NCBI GenBank assembly: GCA_900772625.1
Contig: CAAHEQ010000025.1
Location: forward strand, 1 to 41,982
Length of the DNA stretch: 41,982 bases
Reading direction: 5' to 3'
Source of the DNA: Alphaproteobacteria bacterium
GTDB lineage: Bacteria > Pseudomonadota > Alphaproteobacteria > CAAHEQ01 > UBA3637
In this document: positions 1-10,863 of the stretch, one piece after another
How the letters are laid out: each line of letters opens with the position of its first letter
How positions within the stretch are numbered: position 1 is the stretch's first letter
Position numbers and translations under genes: made by a program
The notes under the pieces: generated by a model
The model's input: only the letters and a program-made list of their open reading frames with translations
What the model was told of the DNA's origin: nothing
Databases searched by the model: none

Positions 1-622
1 AGCCGCTGTTGCTTAAAGGGGCAAATAGTGGCAAGTCAGCGGCCGCAACAGTGTCAACCGTCAAAAGCCCGCACGCCGTTTTTGGGTGCAAGTCTTTTTT
101 GTATTCCAACATAAAAAACTTTTCGCCCAGCGCATTAGGGGTCAGGCTTTCGATATAATTGCCAAACTCGGATGCGATATTGTCGCTGGTGATATAAGAA
201 ACTAAAAAGTCGGTTGAGCCATACGGCGCGTCTGTTAAGGGTGATGTCCGTGTGATGTTTGTGTCGGGAGCACGTCGCCCGCAAAGATTGGTTTGAGGCA
301 CACCCGTTTTGTTGTCAATGCAAAATAATTTCCATTGCACATTGGTGTTGAGATTGTATCCTGTGGGTAAAAACTGAGTTGCTGTAGAAGGAAAAGTCGT
401 TGTACCACTCCAAAACTCGTACGCAAGCTTTTGCACGTCTGAGTCTTCCTCTTTTTGGACAATTTCACCTGCTTGCACCAATGCATTGTGTTGCACAAGC
501 AATTCCGTGACAGGCAAGTCTGCCTGCGGTTTATCCATCATTTTGAGAGCATCAGAGCGCGGATAAAATCCGTAAAAAACGATGCTGAGCAAGAAAGTAA
601 AGGCAACCAGTAAATATAACAT
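1..622 (-). CDS. hypothetical membrane-anchored protein, truncated by the window edge
   Basis: Hand translation: the reverse frame is open from ATG 622 to base 2 (207 codons, MLYLLVAFTFLLSIVFYGFYPRSDALKMMDKPQADL...). It is absent from the ORF track because there is no stop in the window. It has an N-terminal hydrophobic helix; no family recognised. Confidence 0.45.
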   Translation of the reverse strand, partial: MLYLLVAFTFLLSIVFYGFYPRSDALKMMDKPQADLPVTELLVQHNALVQAGEIVQKEEDSDVQKLAYEFWSGTTTFPSTATQFLPTGYNLNTNVQWKLFCIDNKTGVPQTNLCGRRAPDTNITRTSPLTDAPYGSTDFLVSYITSDNIASEFGNYIESLTPNALGEKFFMLEYKKDLHPKTACGLLTVDTVAAADLPLFAPLSNSG

Positions 623-679
623 TTTATTTCCCTTTATTACTACTTTCAAAAGGATAACTCCTTTTTTGTTATTTTTCAA

Positions 680-712
680 CAAAAAAATGCATTTTTTATA
701 AAAAAGAATGCA
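680..712 (-). terminator. putative rho-independent terminator after the YgjP-like gene
   Basis: AT-rich hairpin TGCATTTTTT/AAAAAGAATGCA (688-712) overlaps the stop codon. It is followed on the minus strand by a run of 7 T (complement of 681-687). Confidence 0.4.
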
Positions 713-1376
713 GCTTCCCGCCGTTTTGTTTCAGCCAGTTCTTGGCTTTGGCAGCTTCGGGGTACAGCTTGCGCACAACTTGCCAAAATTGTGGTGAATG
801 GTTCATCTGAGTTAAATGTGCCACTTCGTGCGCGATGACGTAATCGAGCACATCTTTGGGCGCCAGCGCAAGCCGCCACGAAAAGGACAGATGTCCTGTG
901 CCAGAGCAACTTCCCCACCGCGAAAACGTGTCACGCACGGTGACATGTTTGATGGTTTGACCCGTGTGCTCGGCATAGATTTGCGCTTGATGTGTGATGT
1001 ACTTTAAAAGCTCGACTTTGATAAAATCCTTTGTACGGCGGTGAAAATGCTCGATGTGTCCCGAAATGTAAAGCGTGCCATTTTGGATAAATGCGCCTTG
1101 CTTTAAAGTCGTTTGCTTTAAGCACAGCGGTTGCCCTAAAAGTGATATTTGCATATCGGGTGCAAAAGTTTGCTTTGCAGGGTGCGCTTTGATATTGGCC
1201 TTAAGCCACACAAGGTGCTTTGCAGCAAAAGCTTTTGCGATAAGCAAAGGGCACAGATAGGGAATACTCAAAGTCGGCCTGCCCGTTTTAGCGTTAATGC
1301 TCAGCGCCATCGAGCGTCTGCCTTTTTTGCGCACAACGTCAATTTCAATGCCTTCAAGTGTTATAGATCCTGCCAT
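696..1376 (-). CDS. YgjP-like M48-family metallohydrolase (DUF45/WLM-like)
   Basis: 226 aa with a C-terminal HExxH motif in the typical context (DYVIAHEVAHLTQMNHSPQFW). Its start overlaps the upstream ycgN-like gene by 16 nt. Confidence 0.75.
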   Translation of the reverse strand: MAGSITLEGIEIDVVRKKGRRSMALSINAKTGRPTLSIPYLCPLLIAKAFAAKHLVWLKANIKAHPAKQTFAPDMQISLLGQPLCLKQTTLKQGAFIQNGTLYISGHIEHFHRRTKDFIKVELLKYITHQAQIYAEHTGQTIKHVTVRDTFSRWGSCSGTGHLSFSWRLALAPKDVLDYVIAHEVAHLTQMNHSPQFWQVVRKLYPEAAKAKNWLKQNGGKLHSFL

Positions 1377-1810
1377 TTGACAACATAGTCTTCATAATTA
1401 TCGGGTTCGATATAAGGGATTGCGCGGTCTTTGACCGAAATGCCATACGTGTGAACAGAGTTTCTTTTACCCGAAATCAACGGGTGCCACGGCGGCAAAG
1501 TTTTATACTTCATCAGCCACAAATAAGCACATGTTTTTGGAAGCCACTTTTTGCATTTTTTAATGTTTTGAGGCGTCAGCTTAATGCAATCGGGTACTGT
1601 GTCCCAACGCTTTGCATAATCTTTGCAGCGTCCCGAGCACACATCAAGCAACGGGCAAGCGATTTTTGTAAAGCGAATACGCCACACGCCGATTTTGACT
1701 AAACAGCACTTGCCGCACTTGTCACACACGGCTTCCCACTCTTTATCGGTCAGCTCGGAAAGCTTTTTGTTTTCCCAAAAAGGTTGCATTGTTTTATCTT
1801 TTTTCATCAT
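1361..1810 (-). CDS. ycgN: UPF0260 family protein YcgN
   Basis: 149 aa collinear with E. coli YcgN: FWENKKLSELTDKEWEAVCDKCGKCCL, DCIKLTP, CAY, PWHPL. Confidence 0.8.
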   Translation of the reverse strand: MMKKDKTMQPFWENKKLSELTDKEWEAVCDKCGKCCLVKIGVWRIRFTKIACPLLDVCSGRCKDYAKRWDTVPDCIKLTPQNIKKCKKWLPKTCAYLWLMKYKTLPPWHPLISGKRNSVHTYGISVKDRAIPYIEPDNYEDYVVKWQDL

Positions 1811-1910
1811 ACAAGCATTATAGTTCGTTTTTATACAAAATCAATTAAATTTTTGCGTGACAAAAAGAGCTATAAATGATAACATCAAAGTATTAAAAAA
1901 GGAGATGAAA

Positions 1911-2111
1911 ATGATTCGTTTTATTTTATCTATGTTGTTTATCGGTGCTTTCTTGGCGTTTTTTGTCATCGCCGTTTTGTGCGTTTGTATGGGCTTTACC
2001 GTTAAAGAATCGATTAACTGGATTTTAAACAGAGCCGAGCAGACCCAAAGCGTTGTTGTCAGCACGGTTAAAGAGGCCAGCAAAACTGTCGAGAAAATAT
2101 CCAATGAGTGA
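1911..2111 (+). CDS. small membrane protein, unknown function
   Basis: GGAG at 1901-1904 lies 6 nt before ATG 1911 (the track ORF starts at 1857). One clear TM helix (FILSMLFIGAFLAFFVIAVLCVCMGF). The stop overlaps the next start. Confidence 0.45.
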   Translation: MIRFILSMLFIGAFLAFFVIAVLCVCMGFTVKESINWILNRAEQTQSVVVSTVKEASKTVEKISNE

Positions 2112-2589
2112 GTCCGAAAACAAATCCTTTTTACACACGTTGTTGATGCCGTTGGCATTGTTTTTTGCAGGGCTAAAACATTTTTCAAGGTGGATTATCT
2201 TTTTTACTTTAATCGGTCTTGTTCTGTTTTTCTTATACGACCGATATGCGAATTCGACTTATCTAGAAGATTCGACAAGCGATTTTCAGGTCGGCTCTTT
2301 TGCGCGCCACAAAAAGTACAACAGCCCCCTAAAGCGTGGTCGAACAGTCGATTTAAAAGACGAGCTTGCCAAACATTATGGCACTCAGGTTGAAAAGGGC
2401 AAAGCCACCGCACCTGTGGTTAAAAATCGGGTGTCGTCCGAAAATGCGCTCCAAAAGCCAAAAGCAAAGCCTTTGCCAGAAGTAAAGGTCAAGGTTGAAC
2501 CTGTCGTGGATTTAAAGCCTCTTGGCGCGGATTTTGCGCCTCTTTCAAAAGGTTCGATTCAAGACGAAGTGCGATCTCGCTTGCAATAA
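2104..2589 (+). CDS. membrane protein with a Lys/Pro/Val-rich tail, unknown function
   Basis: ATG 2104 overlaps the preceding stop (ATGAGTGA). Two hydrophobic segments and the tail KPKAKPLPEVKVKVEPVVDLKP. The track ORF starts at 2053. Confidence 0.5.
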   Translation: MSESENKSFLHTLLMPLALFFAGLKHFSRWIIFFTLIGLVLFFLYDRYANSTYLEDSTSDFQVGSFARHKKYNSPLKRGRTVDLKDELAKHYGTQVEKGKATAPVVKNRVSSENALQKPKAKPLPEVKVKVEPVVDLKPLGADFAPLSKGSIQDEVRSRLQ

Positions 2590-2692
2590 AATTGCGCGTT
2601 TTTGAGGTTGTGCGGCGCATTTATGTGCCGTTTGAACCAAAGTAGATATTGTTTTTTCGCTTTATTTTTTTCATTTGTTTAATTGAGGAGAA

Positions 2693-3205
2693 ATGATGCG
2701 GGAAAAGAGACTTTATTTACTGCGCCATACGCAAGCTTGCAAAGCGTGTAAAACATGCATAGACTTTGAAACACCGCTGACGAAAAATGGGCGCAAGCAA
2801 GCTCAGCAGGTTGGTTTTTATTTAAAAAAGCACGCCTGTCACCCAGAGCTTGTCTTTTGCTCGAAGGCTAAACGCTGTATTGATACGCTGAGTATTATAA
2901 AAAAAGATATGCCTCCTGCGCCTGTTGTTTATCACCACTTTTTATATTTAGCATCAGGCTATACAGTTTTGGAAATGCTTAATTTTATTGGTGATGATAT
3001 TGACAATGTGTTAGTCGTTGGGCACAGTCAAGCCATCTGTCAATTGCCAGTATTGTTGCTGCCCGATGTGCGCCATATCGACAAGCGGTTAAACAGAGCC
3101 TATCCATGCGGTACGCTGATTTGCTTAAGCTTTCCTTTTTCAAGCCCGCATTGGCGTGACGTGTTGTGTCATCAAATGAAAATTGACGACATTTTTTATC
3201 CGTGA
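2693..3205 (+). CDS. histidine phosphatase superfamily protein, SixA-like
   Basis: 170 aa with LYLLRHTQA (RHG-like motif), PLTKNGRKQA, SKAKRCIDT and VVGHSQ, in the SixA order. GAGGAG SD precedes the start. Confidence 0.6.
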   Translation: MMREKRLYLLRHTQACKACKTCIDFETPLTKNGRKQAQQVGFYLKKHACHPELVFCSKAKRCIDTLSIIKKDMPPAPVVYHHFLYLASGYTVLEMLNFIGDDIDNVLVVGHSQAICQLPVLLLPDVRHIDKRLNRAYPCGTLICLSFPFSSPHWRDVLCHQMKIDDIFYP

Positions 3206-3269
3206 AAAAACTTGCAGTATCCCTTAAATTATGCTACAACCAAGAAAGAAAGTTGAAAAGGGGATTAAA

Positions 3270-5083
3270 ATGGCTCGGCAATCACACAAAAAATACGAAT
3301 TCGAACAGATCGTTGTTGACGTGACAGTCGCAAGTAAAATGACTGAGGCGCAAAAAAAAACAATTGAAACGCTTGTAGCCAAAGCGGTGGGCGCTAAAAC
3401 GGCGCTACTGAATATCAAATATGATGCGGGCTTGCTCGGCGGATTGCAATTGCAAGTTGGCTCGTGCTTGATTGACGCGTCTGTGCGTGCCAAGTTGTCT
3501 AAGATTGAAAATATCCTTGAAACTGCGCGGTTGAAAAAGACCACGCCCGAGGATTTTGAACAAATCCTCAAAACATGGGCAGATAATCATTTGCTTGCCC
3601 CAAAGGTGGAAAACGTGGGACGTGTGTTGTCGGTTAAAGACGGTATTGCGCGCGTGCAAGGAATGAACCGCGTGAAGGCGGGCGAGCTGATTCGCTTTAA
3701 CGATACCGTGGCGGGAATTGTTTTTACCGTGAATAAAAACTATACAGACGTTGTTTTGTTGGCCGAAGCAGGTGCACTGGATGAAGGTGACCTTGCTGTG
3801 CAGACGGGCGATGTAGTGCGCGTACCTGTGGGGATGTCGCTGATTGGGCGCGTGGTGGATGCTTTGGGCACGCCGATTGACGGGTTGGGCGATTTGAATG
3901 CGGAAATGAAAATGCCGCTGGAAGCCCCTGTTGCAGGCATTGTTGAGCGCCAGCCTGTGTGCAAGCCTTTCCCAACGGGATTAAAAGTCATTGACGCGTT
4001 GGTGCCGATTGGTTTGGGGCAACGCGAGCTTGTCGTTGGCGACCGCCAGACGGGCAAAACTTCCATTTTAATTGACGCGATTTTAAATCAAAAAGAACAT
4101 AATTTACAGGCCAAAAAGCCACAAGATAAAATCTATTGCATTTATGTTGCCATTGGGCAAAAGCAATCCACGGTGGCTGAACTCGTGCGCTTGTTGCAAG
4201 AATCGGGCGCGATGGATTATACGTGCGTTGTGAGCGCGTCTGCGTCTGATACTGCGGCTTTGCAATATGCTGCGCCGTTTACGGGCACAACAATTGCAGA
4301 GTACTTCCGCGACCGTTCGATGAATGCGGTTGTGTTTTACGATGACTTGACAAAGCACGCAAATGCGTATCGGCAAATCTCGCTTTTGCTGCGCCGACCA
4401 CCTGGCCGAGAAGCCTACCCTGGTGACATTTTTTATTTACACTCGCGCTTGCTTGAGCGTGCTGCGATGATGAGCGATGACAAGGGTGGCGGCTCACTGA
4501 CGGCAATTCCTGTGGTGGAAACGCAAGAAGGCGACCTGTCGGCCTATATTCCAACAAATGTGATTTCGATTACGGACGGGCAGATTTTCCTTGAGAACAG
4601 TTTGTTTAATCAAGGCGTACGTCCTGCCGTGAATGTCGGGCTTTCCGTCAGCCGTGTCGGATCGCAAGCGCAGCGCCCGCTGATGGCAAAAATTGCAGGC
4701 TCGATGAAGCTAGAGTTGGCGCAGTACCGAGAAATGCTTTCGTTTGCGCAAATTGCCTCGGATCTGGACTCCTCAACGCAAGAGTTGCTCCACAAAGGCG
4801 TTCGAATGACCGAAGTTCTAAAGCAACCCGTGCATAAACCGCTTGCCTTTGTCGATGAGTATTTAAGCCTTTATGCCGTCAGCAACGGTTTTTATGTGGG
4901 AATTAAGCCTGCGGACATTGCTGCCATAGAGCGAGGCTTGATTGACAAAATGCATACGCATTACCCCGACTTAATCGATGCGATTGACCGAGCGGGTAAA
5001 GAGTTGCCAGCTGCTAGCAAAAAGCAACTGGACGAGGCTATTCGTGAAGTAATTACTGAGGTTATGGCAAACGAGCAAAGAAA

Positions 5084-5087
<4 letters not shown>
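3270..5087 (+). CDS. atpA: F1 ATP synthase alpha subunit carrying an N-terminal fusion of the delta (OSCP) C-terminal domain
   Basis: 605 codons from ATG 3270 (AAGGGGA upstream; the track ORF starts at 3231, just after an in-frame TAA at 3225). The first ~88 aa match the delta C-domain (VVDVTVASKMTEAQ...LLGGLQLQVGSCLIDASVRAKLSKIENIL). From ~3540 the sequence is canonical alpha (VGRVLSVKDGIARVQGM, Walker A GDRQTGKTS). There is no stop or ATG at the junction. Confidence 0.9.
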
Positions 5088-8085
<2,998 letters not shown>

Positions 8086-8088
8086 CAC

Positions 8089-8117
8089 TTGACTTTTCTT
8101 TGACGCGTTTGTATGAT
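8089..8117 (+). promoter_or_regulatory. sigma70-like promoter for the TPR/GT41 gene
   Basis: TTGACT (8089-8094), 17-nt spacer, TATGAT (8112-8117). Confidence 0.45.
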
Positions 8118-8142
8118 GCTTTTCAAACAAAAGGAGACCACT

Positions 8143-9720
8143 ATGACAAACTTTGAACAACTGAATAAATCTGCTCAAGATTTTATCGAAAAGAAAGAAT
8201 ACACGCAAGCGGAAGTGTGCTTAATGCGGGCGTTGCAGTTAAAAAGCGATGACGCTGAAGTATGGCATAATTTGGCAGGCGTTCGGATGTGCCAAAAAAG
8301 ATTTAAGGCTGCGGCCGATTTTTTTGGGCGCCAACTCGAACTTGATCCATACGATATCCAAGCTGCGCTCGATATGATTTATGCAAAAGAATGGCACTTT
8401 ATTTGGGAAGATTTTCAACAAGATGTTCGTTCCGTTAAAGAAAAAATGGCCGAATTGGACGCTTTTTCAACGCGCTCGATGTTTATGGACTTGCCCCATA
8501 CGTTTGAAGAGCTCTATACATGGCTTTTAAAGCGTCACGCAGGCGATGCTAAATTGCAAGACATTTATGCGCAAAACTTTACATTTGACCACTCCAATCA
8601 TAAAATTGGCCCAAAAATTAAGGTGGGTTATTTTACAACTGATTTAGGGCCGTCCCCTTGCGGCAATGTGATGACGGCGTTGTTTGAAAACCACAATCAC
8701 GCACAATTTGAAATTCATTGCTTTGCGACAACGGACTTGGCAAAAGCCAGCCAAAAAGACTATGGCAAGCGATTGGTCGAACGGCAAATGAAGTGCTTTG
8801 ATTTTTATCATGATATGTCGAAAATCAATAATGAAAAAGAAATGGCACAAGCGATTTATGACGCAGGCATTGACATTTTAATCGATGTGAATGGCGTGGG
8901 CAACAAGATGTATCGCACGCTTGCGTACCGTCCAGCCCCTGTGCAGGTGGATTATTTTGGCGTTCCTTCTACAACGGGCTTGCCGTATTACGATTACGTG
9001 ATTGGTGACAAGTTTACGATGCCAGAATCGCAAAGAAAATATTTTTCGGAGAAAATCAAGGATATGCCGCTTTGCTATCATCCCGCTGATGACAAGCCCG
9101 AGTTCGGCCCTGTCTTTAGCAAAGAGGATTGCTTTTTGCCAGAGGACAAAGTGATTTACTGTTCGTTTGTATCGGCGTTCAAAATTACGGAAAAGTACTT
9201 TGATATGTGGTGCCGCATTTTAAAAGCTGTGCCCGATTCGGTGCTGTGGCTTTTATCACGCGAGGATGTGGACGAGGATAACCTGCGTCACGAGGCAATC
9301 AAGCGTGGTATTACGCCTGAGCGCATTATTTTCTTACCGTGTATGGATCGGCCATTCTTCCTGTCGGCGCTGAGAAATGCAGATTTATTCTTGGACGTGG
9401 AAATATGGCAAGCGCACTCAACGTGCTTGGAAAGCTTGTCCGCCTGCGTGCCGCTCTTGACATGTACAGGCAACAGCTGGGCATCGCGTGTGCCATCGAC
9501 TATGCTGAAGACTTTCGGTTTGCCCGAGCTTGTCTGCGCCAGCGAGGCCGAGTACGAACAAAAAGCCATTGCTTATGGTTTGGACAAAGAAAAGCTTGCT
9601 GCGTTAAAGGAAAAGACAAAAGCGCTGATGAGTCCCGAAAACCCATTGTTTAATATGAAGCAATATGCTAAGTGGTTCGAGGATAATTTAATGGAAATGC
9701 TTCACGAAAAATTGAGATAA
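8143..9720 (+). CDS. TPR-repeat protein with a GT41 (O-GlcNAc transferase/SPINDLY-like) glycosyltransferase domain
   Basis: AAGGAG precedes ATG 8143 (the track ORF starts at 8113). N-terminal TPRs (AEVWHNLAGVRMCQKRFKAAADFF), then the GT41-type core (KIKVGYFTTDLGPSPCGNVMTALFENHNHAQFEIHCFAT...VIYCSFVSAFKITE). Confidence 0.75.
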   Translation: MTNFEQLNKSAQDFIEKKEYTQAEVCLMRALQLKSDDAEVWHNLAGVRMCQKRFKAAADFFGRQLELDPYDIQAALDMIYAKEWHFIWEDFQQDVRSVKEKMAELDAFSTRSMFMDLPHTFEELYTWLLKRHAGDAKLQDIYAQNFTFDHSNHKIGPKIKVGYFTTDLGPSPCGNVMTALFENHNHAQFEIHCFATTDLAKASQKDYGKRLVERQMKCFDFYHDMSKINNEKEMAQAIYDAGIDILIDVNGVGNKMYRTLAYRPAPVQVDYFGVPSTTGLPYYDYVIGDKFTMPESQRKYFSEKIKDMPLCYHPADDKPEFGPVFSKEDCFLPEDKVIYCSFVSAFKITEKYFDMWCRILKAVPDSVLWLLSREDVDEDNLRHEAIKRGITPERIIFLPCMDRPFFLSALRNADLFLDVEIWQAHSTCLESLSACVPLLTCTGNSWASRVPSTMLKTFGLPELVCASEAEYEQKAIAYGLDKEKLAALKEKTKALMSPENPLFNMKQYAKWFEDNLMEMLHEKLR

Positions 9721-9740
9721 GCCCTTTGTGAAACGTTGTC

Positions 9741-9779
9741 AAAAGGCGTACCGTTTGTGTGCGCCTTTTTTTATTTTTG
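9741..9779 (+). terminator. rho-independent terminator of the GT41 gene
   Basis: Stem AAAAGGCG(T)AC / GT(G)CGCCTTTT, followed by TTTTTTATTTTT. Confidence 0.75.
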
Positions 9780-9828
9780 CACGCCGCAACTGTTCTGAGG
9801 ATTTCAAGAGATGTAGTGTTTAGTTTTC

Positions 9829-9860
9829 CACAAAAAAACGCTCCCCAAGCGGGAAGCGTT
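9829..9860 (-). terminator. rho-independent terminator of pilin-like gene 1
   Basis: Hairpin AACGCTCCCC-AAGC-GGGAAGCGTT (9837-9860, one mismatch), followed on the minus strand by T7. Confidence 0.7.
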
Positions 9861-9885
9861 TCTTTTACATTGCGTTTCAATAAGA

Positions 9886-10293
9886 TTAGTTGTTATTGAA
9901 TGTGAATGTTGTACCAGCTGTTGTAGCACCAGAAATTGTGACCAAAGCAGATGTACGGCCAGCCAAAGCAGCTGCGATTGCATCAGATGGAACATTTGTG
10001 ACAGCAATCACGATTGGAGCTGTTGCAGATTCACGAGAGACAGCACCAGCAACACCAGATGGAGCTGTTTCGCCAGGCATCAAGTCAGCACATGTTGTAG
10101 CGGATGTTTCATCGCCCATACCACGTGTTTGAGCCAAAACTGCACAACGAGATACATAGTCCAAAATGTTGTTTGCACGGTAACGGTTCATAGCCATTGT
10201 GTAGCCAGCCAAACCACCGATAGACAAAACACCAATGATTGCCAAAACACCGAGCATTTCAATCATTGAACGACCAGATTCAATTTTTTTCAT
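9886..10293 (-). CDS. prepilin-type (class III signal peptide) pilin/pseudopilin-like protein
   Basis: Begins MKKIESG|RSMIEMLGVLAIIGVLSIGGLAGY: a short basic leader, Gly at -1, Glu at +5 and a hydrophobic helix. It has two Cys and a Ser/Thr/Ala-rich C-terminal half. AGGAA lies upstream and the gene has its own terminator. Confidence 0.75.
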   Translation of the reverse strand: MKKIESGRSMIEMLGVLAIIGVLSIGGLAGYTMAMNRYRANNILDYVSRCAVLAQTRGMGDETSATTCADLMPGETAPSGVAGAVSRESATAPIVIAVTNVPSDAIAAALAGRTSALVTISGATTAGTTFTFNNN

Positions 10294-10639
10294 TTTTTTA
10301 TTCCTTTTCTTTTTGTTTCTAGGTTAATTAACCGATTCTAAAACTAGCATCTCTTTAAAAGAAATGCAAGAAAATTTTCTCTACTTGCGTAAATTTATTT
10401 TCTTGATACTAAGCATAGAAACAAAAATGTTAATAAAAAGTAAAAAAAATATGAATTTATATACTTTTTTTGTACAAAGAATTAGACTAAAAACAAATTA
10501 AAACTTTAGTTGATTTTGTTTTTGTCTTTGCGCGAAATAGTGTGCTTTTTTGCCTTTTTCGGAAGCTTTTTGGATGAAAAGCTCCAAAAGTGAAACATAT
10601 ATTCGTATGCTTTTACTATTTATAAAATGATCTTTAATA

Positions 10640-10667
10640 TCCGAATCGCAGCTTGTCCGAATCGCAG
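10640..10667. repeat. direct repeat TCCGAATCGCAG x2, 16-nt register
   Basis: Identical 12-mers at 10640-10651 and 10656-10667. Confidence 0.8.
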
Positions 10668-10718
10668 GGAAAAAAAGAGCTAAATGCTGATCGGATTTTA
10701 AACACCGATTGAAGGTGT

Positions 10719-10863
10719 CTAGCGTTGATTTACGCCAATATAGAGGCTCGGGCTGATTGAGCACATCTGCCTTTGCTTTGCGCCAATAAATAGACGCTTG
10801 AAGGCCGATTGCGCATCTAGCGTTGTTTTGCGCCAGAATAGAGGCTTTTGATGCAGAGCTTAA
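10719..10863. repeat. three degenerate ~49-bp tandem repeats immediately downstream of rlmN
   Basis: TCTAGCGTTGATTTACGCCAATATAGAGGCT (10718-10748) matches TCTAGCGTTGTTTTGCGCCAGAATAGAGGCT (10816-10846) at 27/31 positions. A weaker middle copy, TTTGCGCCAATAAATAGACGCT, lies at ~10777-10798. Confidence 0.65.

Noticed and set aside
1841-2188. 115-aa minus-strand ORF antisense to the two small membrane-protein ORFs
   Set aside because: The plus-strand ORFs have a GGAG SD, clean TM helices and a stop/start overlap. The minus ORF has none of these. The choice remains only moderately confident.
3231-3269. N-terminal extensions offered by the ORF track: 3231 atpA, 8113 GT41, 29881 rsmH, 34357 unknown protein, 34937 MccF-like, 36648 histidine phosphatase, 6156 atpD
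   Set aside because: In each case a downstream ATG has a proper SD, or an ATGA coupling, or matches the family N-terminus. For 34357 the extension would also overlap two predicted promoters.
3352-3360. A9 homopolymer as a possible frameshift artefact creating the delta-alpha fusion
   Set aside because: Sequence on both sides of the tract reads as delta in the same frame. The fusion junction (~3535) is 170 nt further on and has no stop. The fusion is therefore not explained by slippage here, though read-level confirmation is still advised.
10719-10863. The tandem repeats as a CRISPR array
   Set aside because: There are only three degenerate, contiguous units with no unique spacers, and no cas genes in the window.
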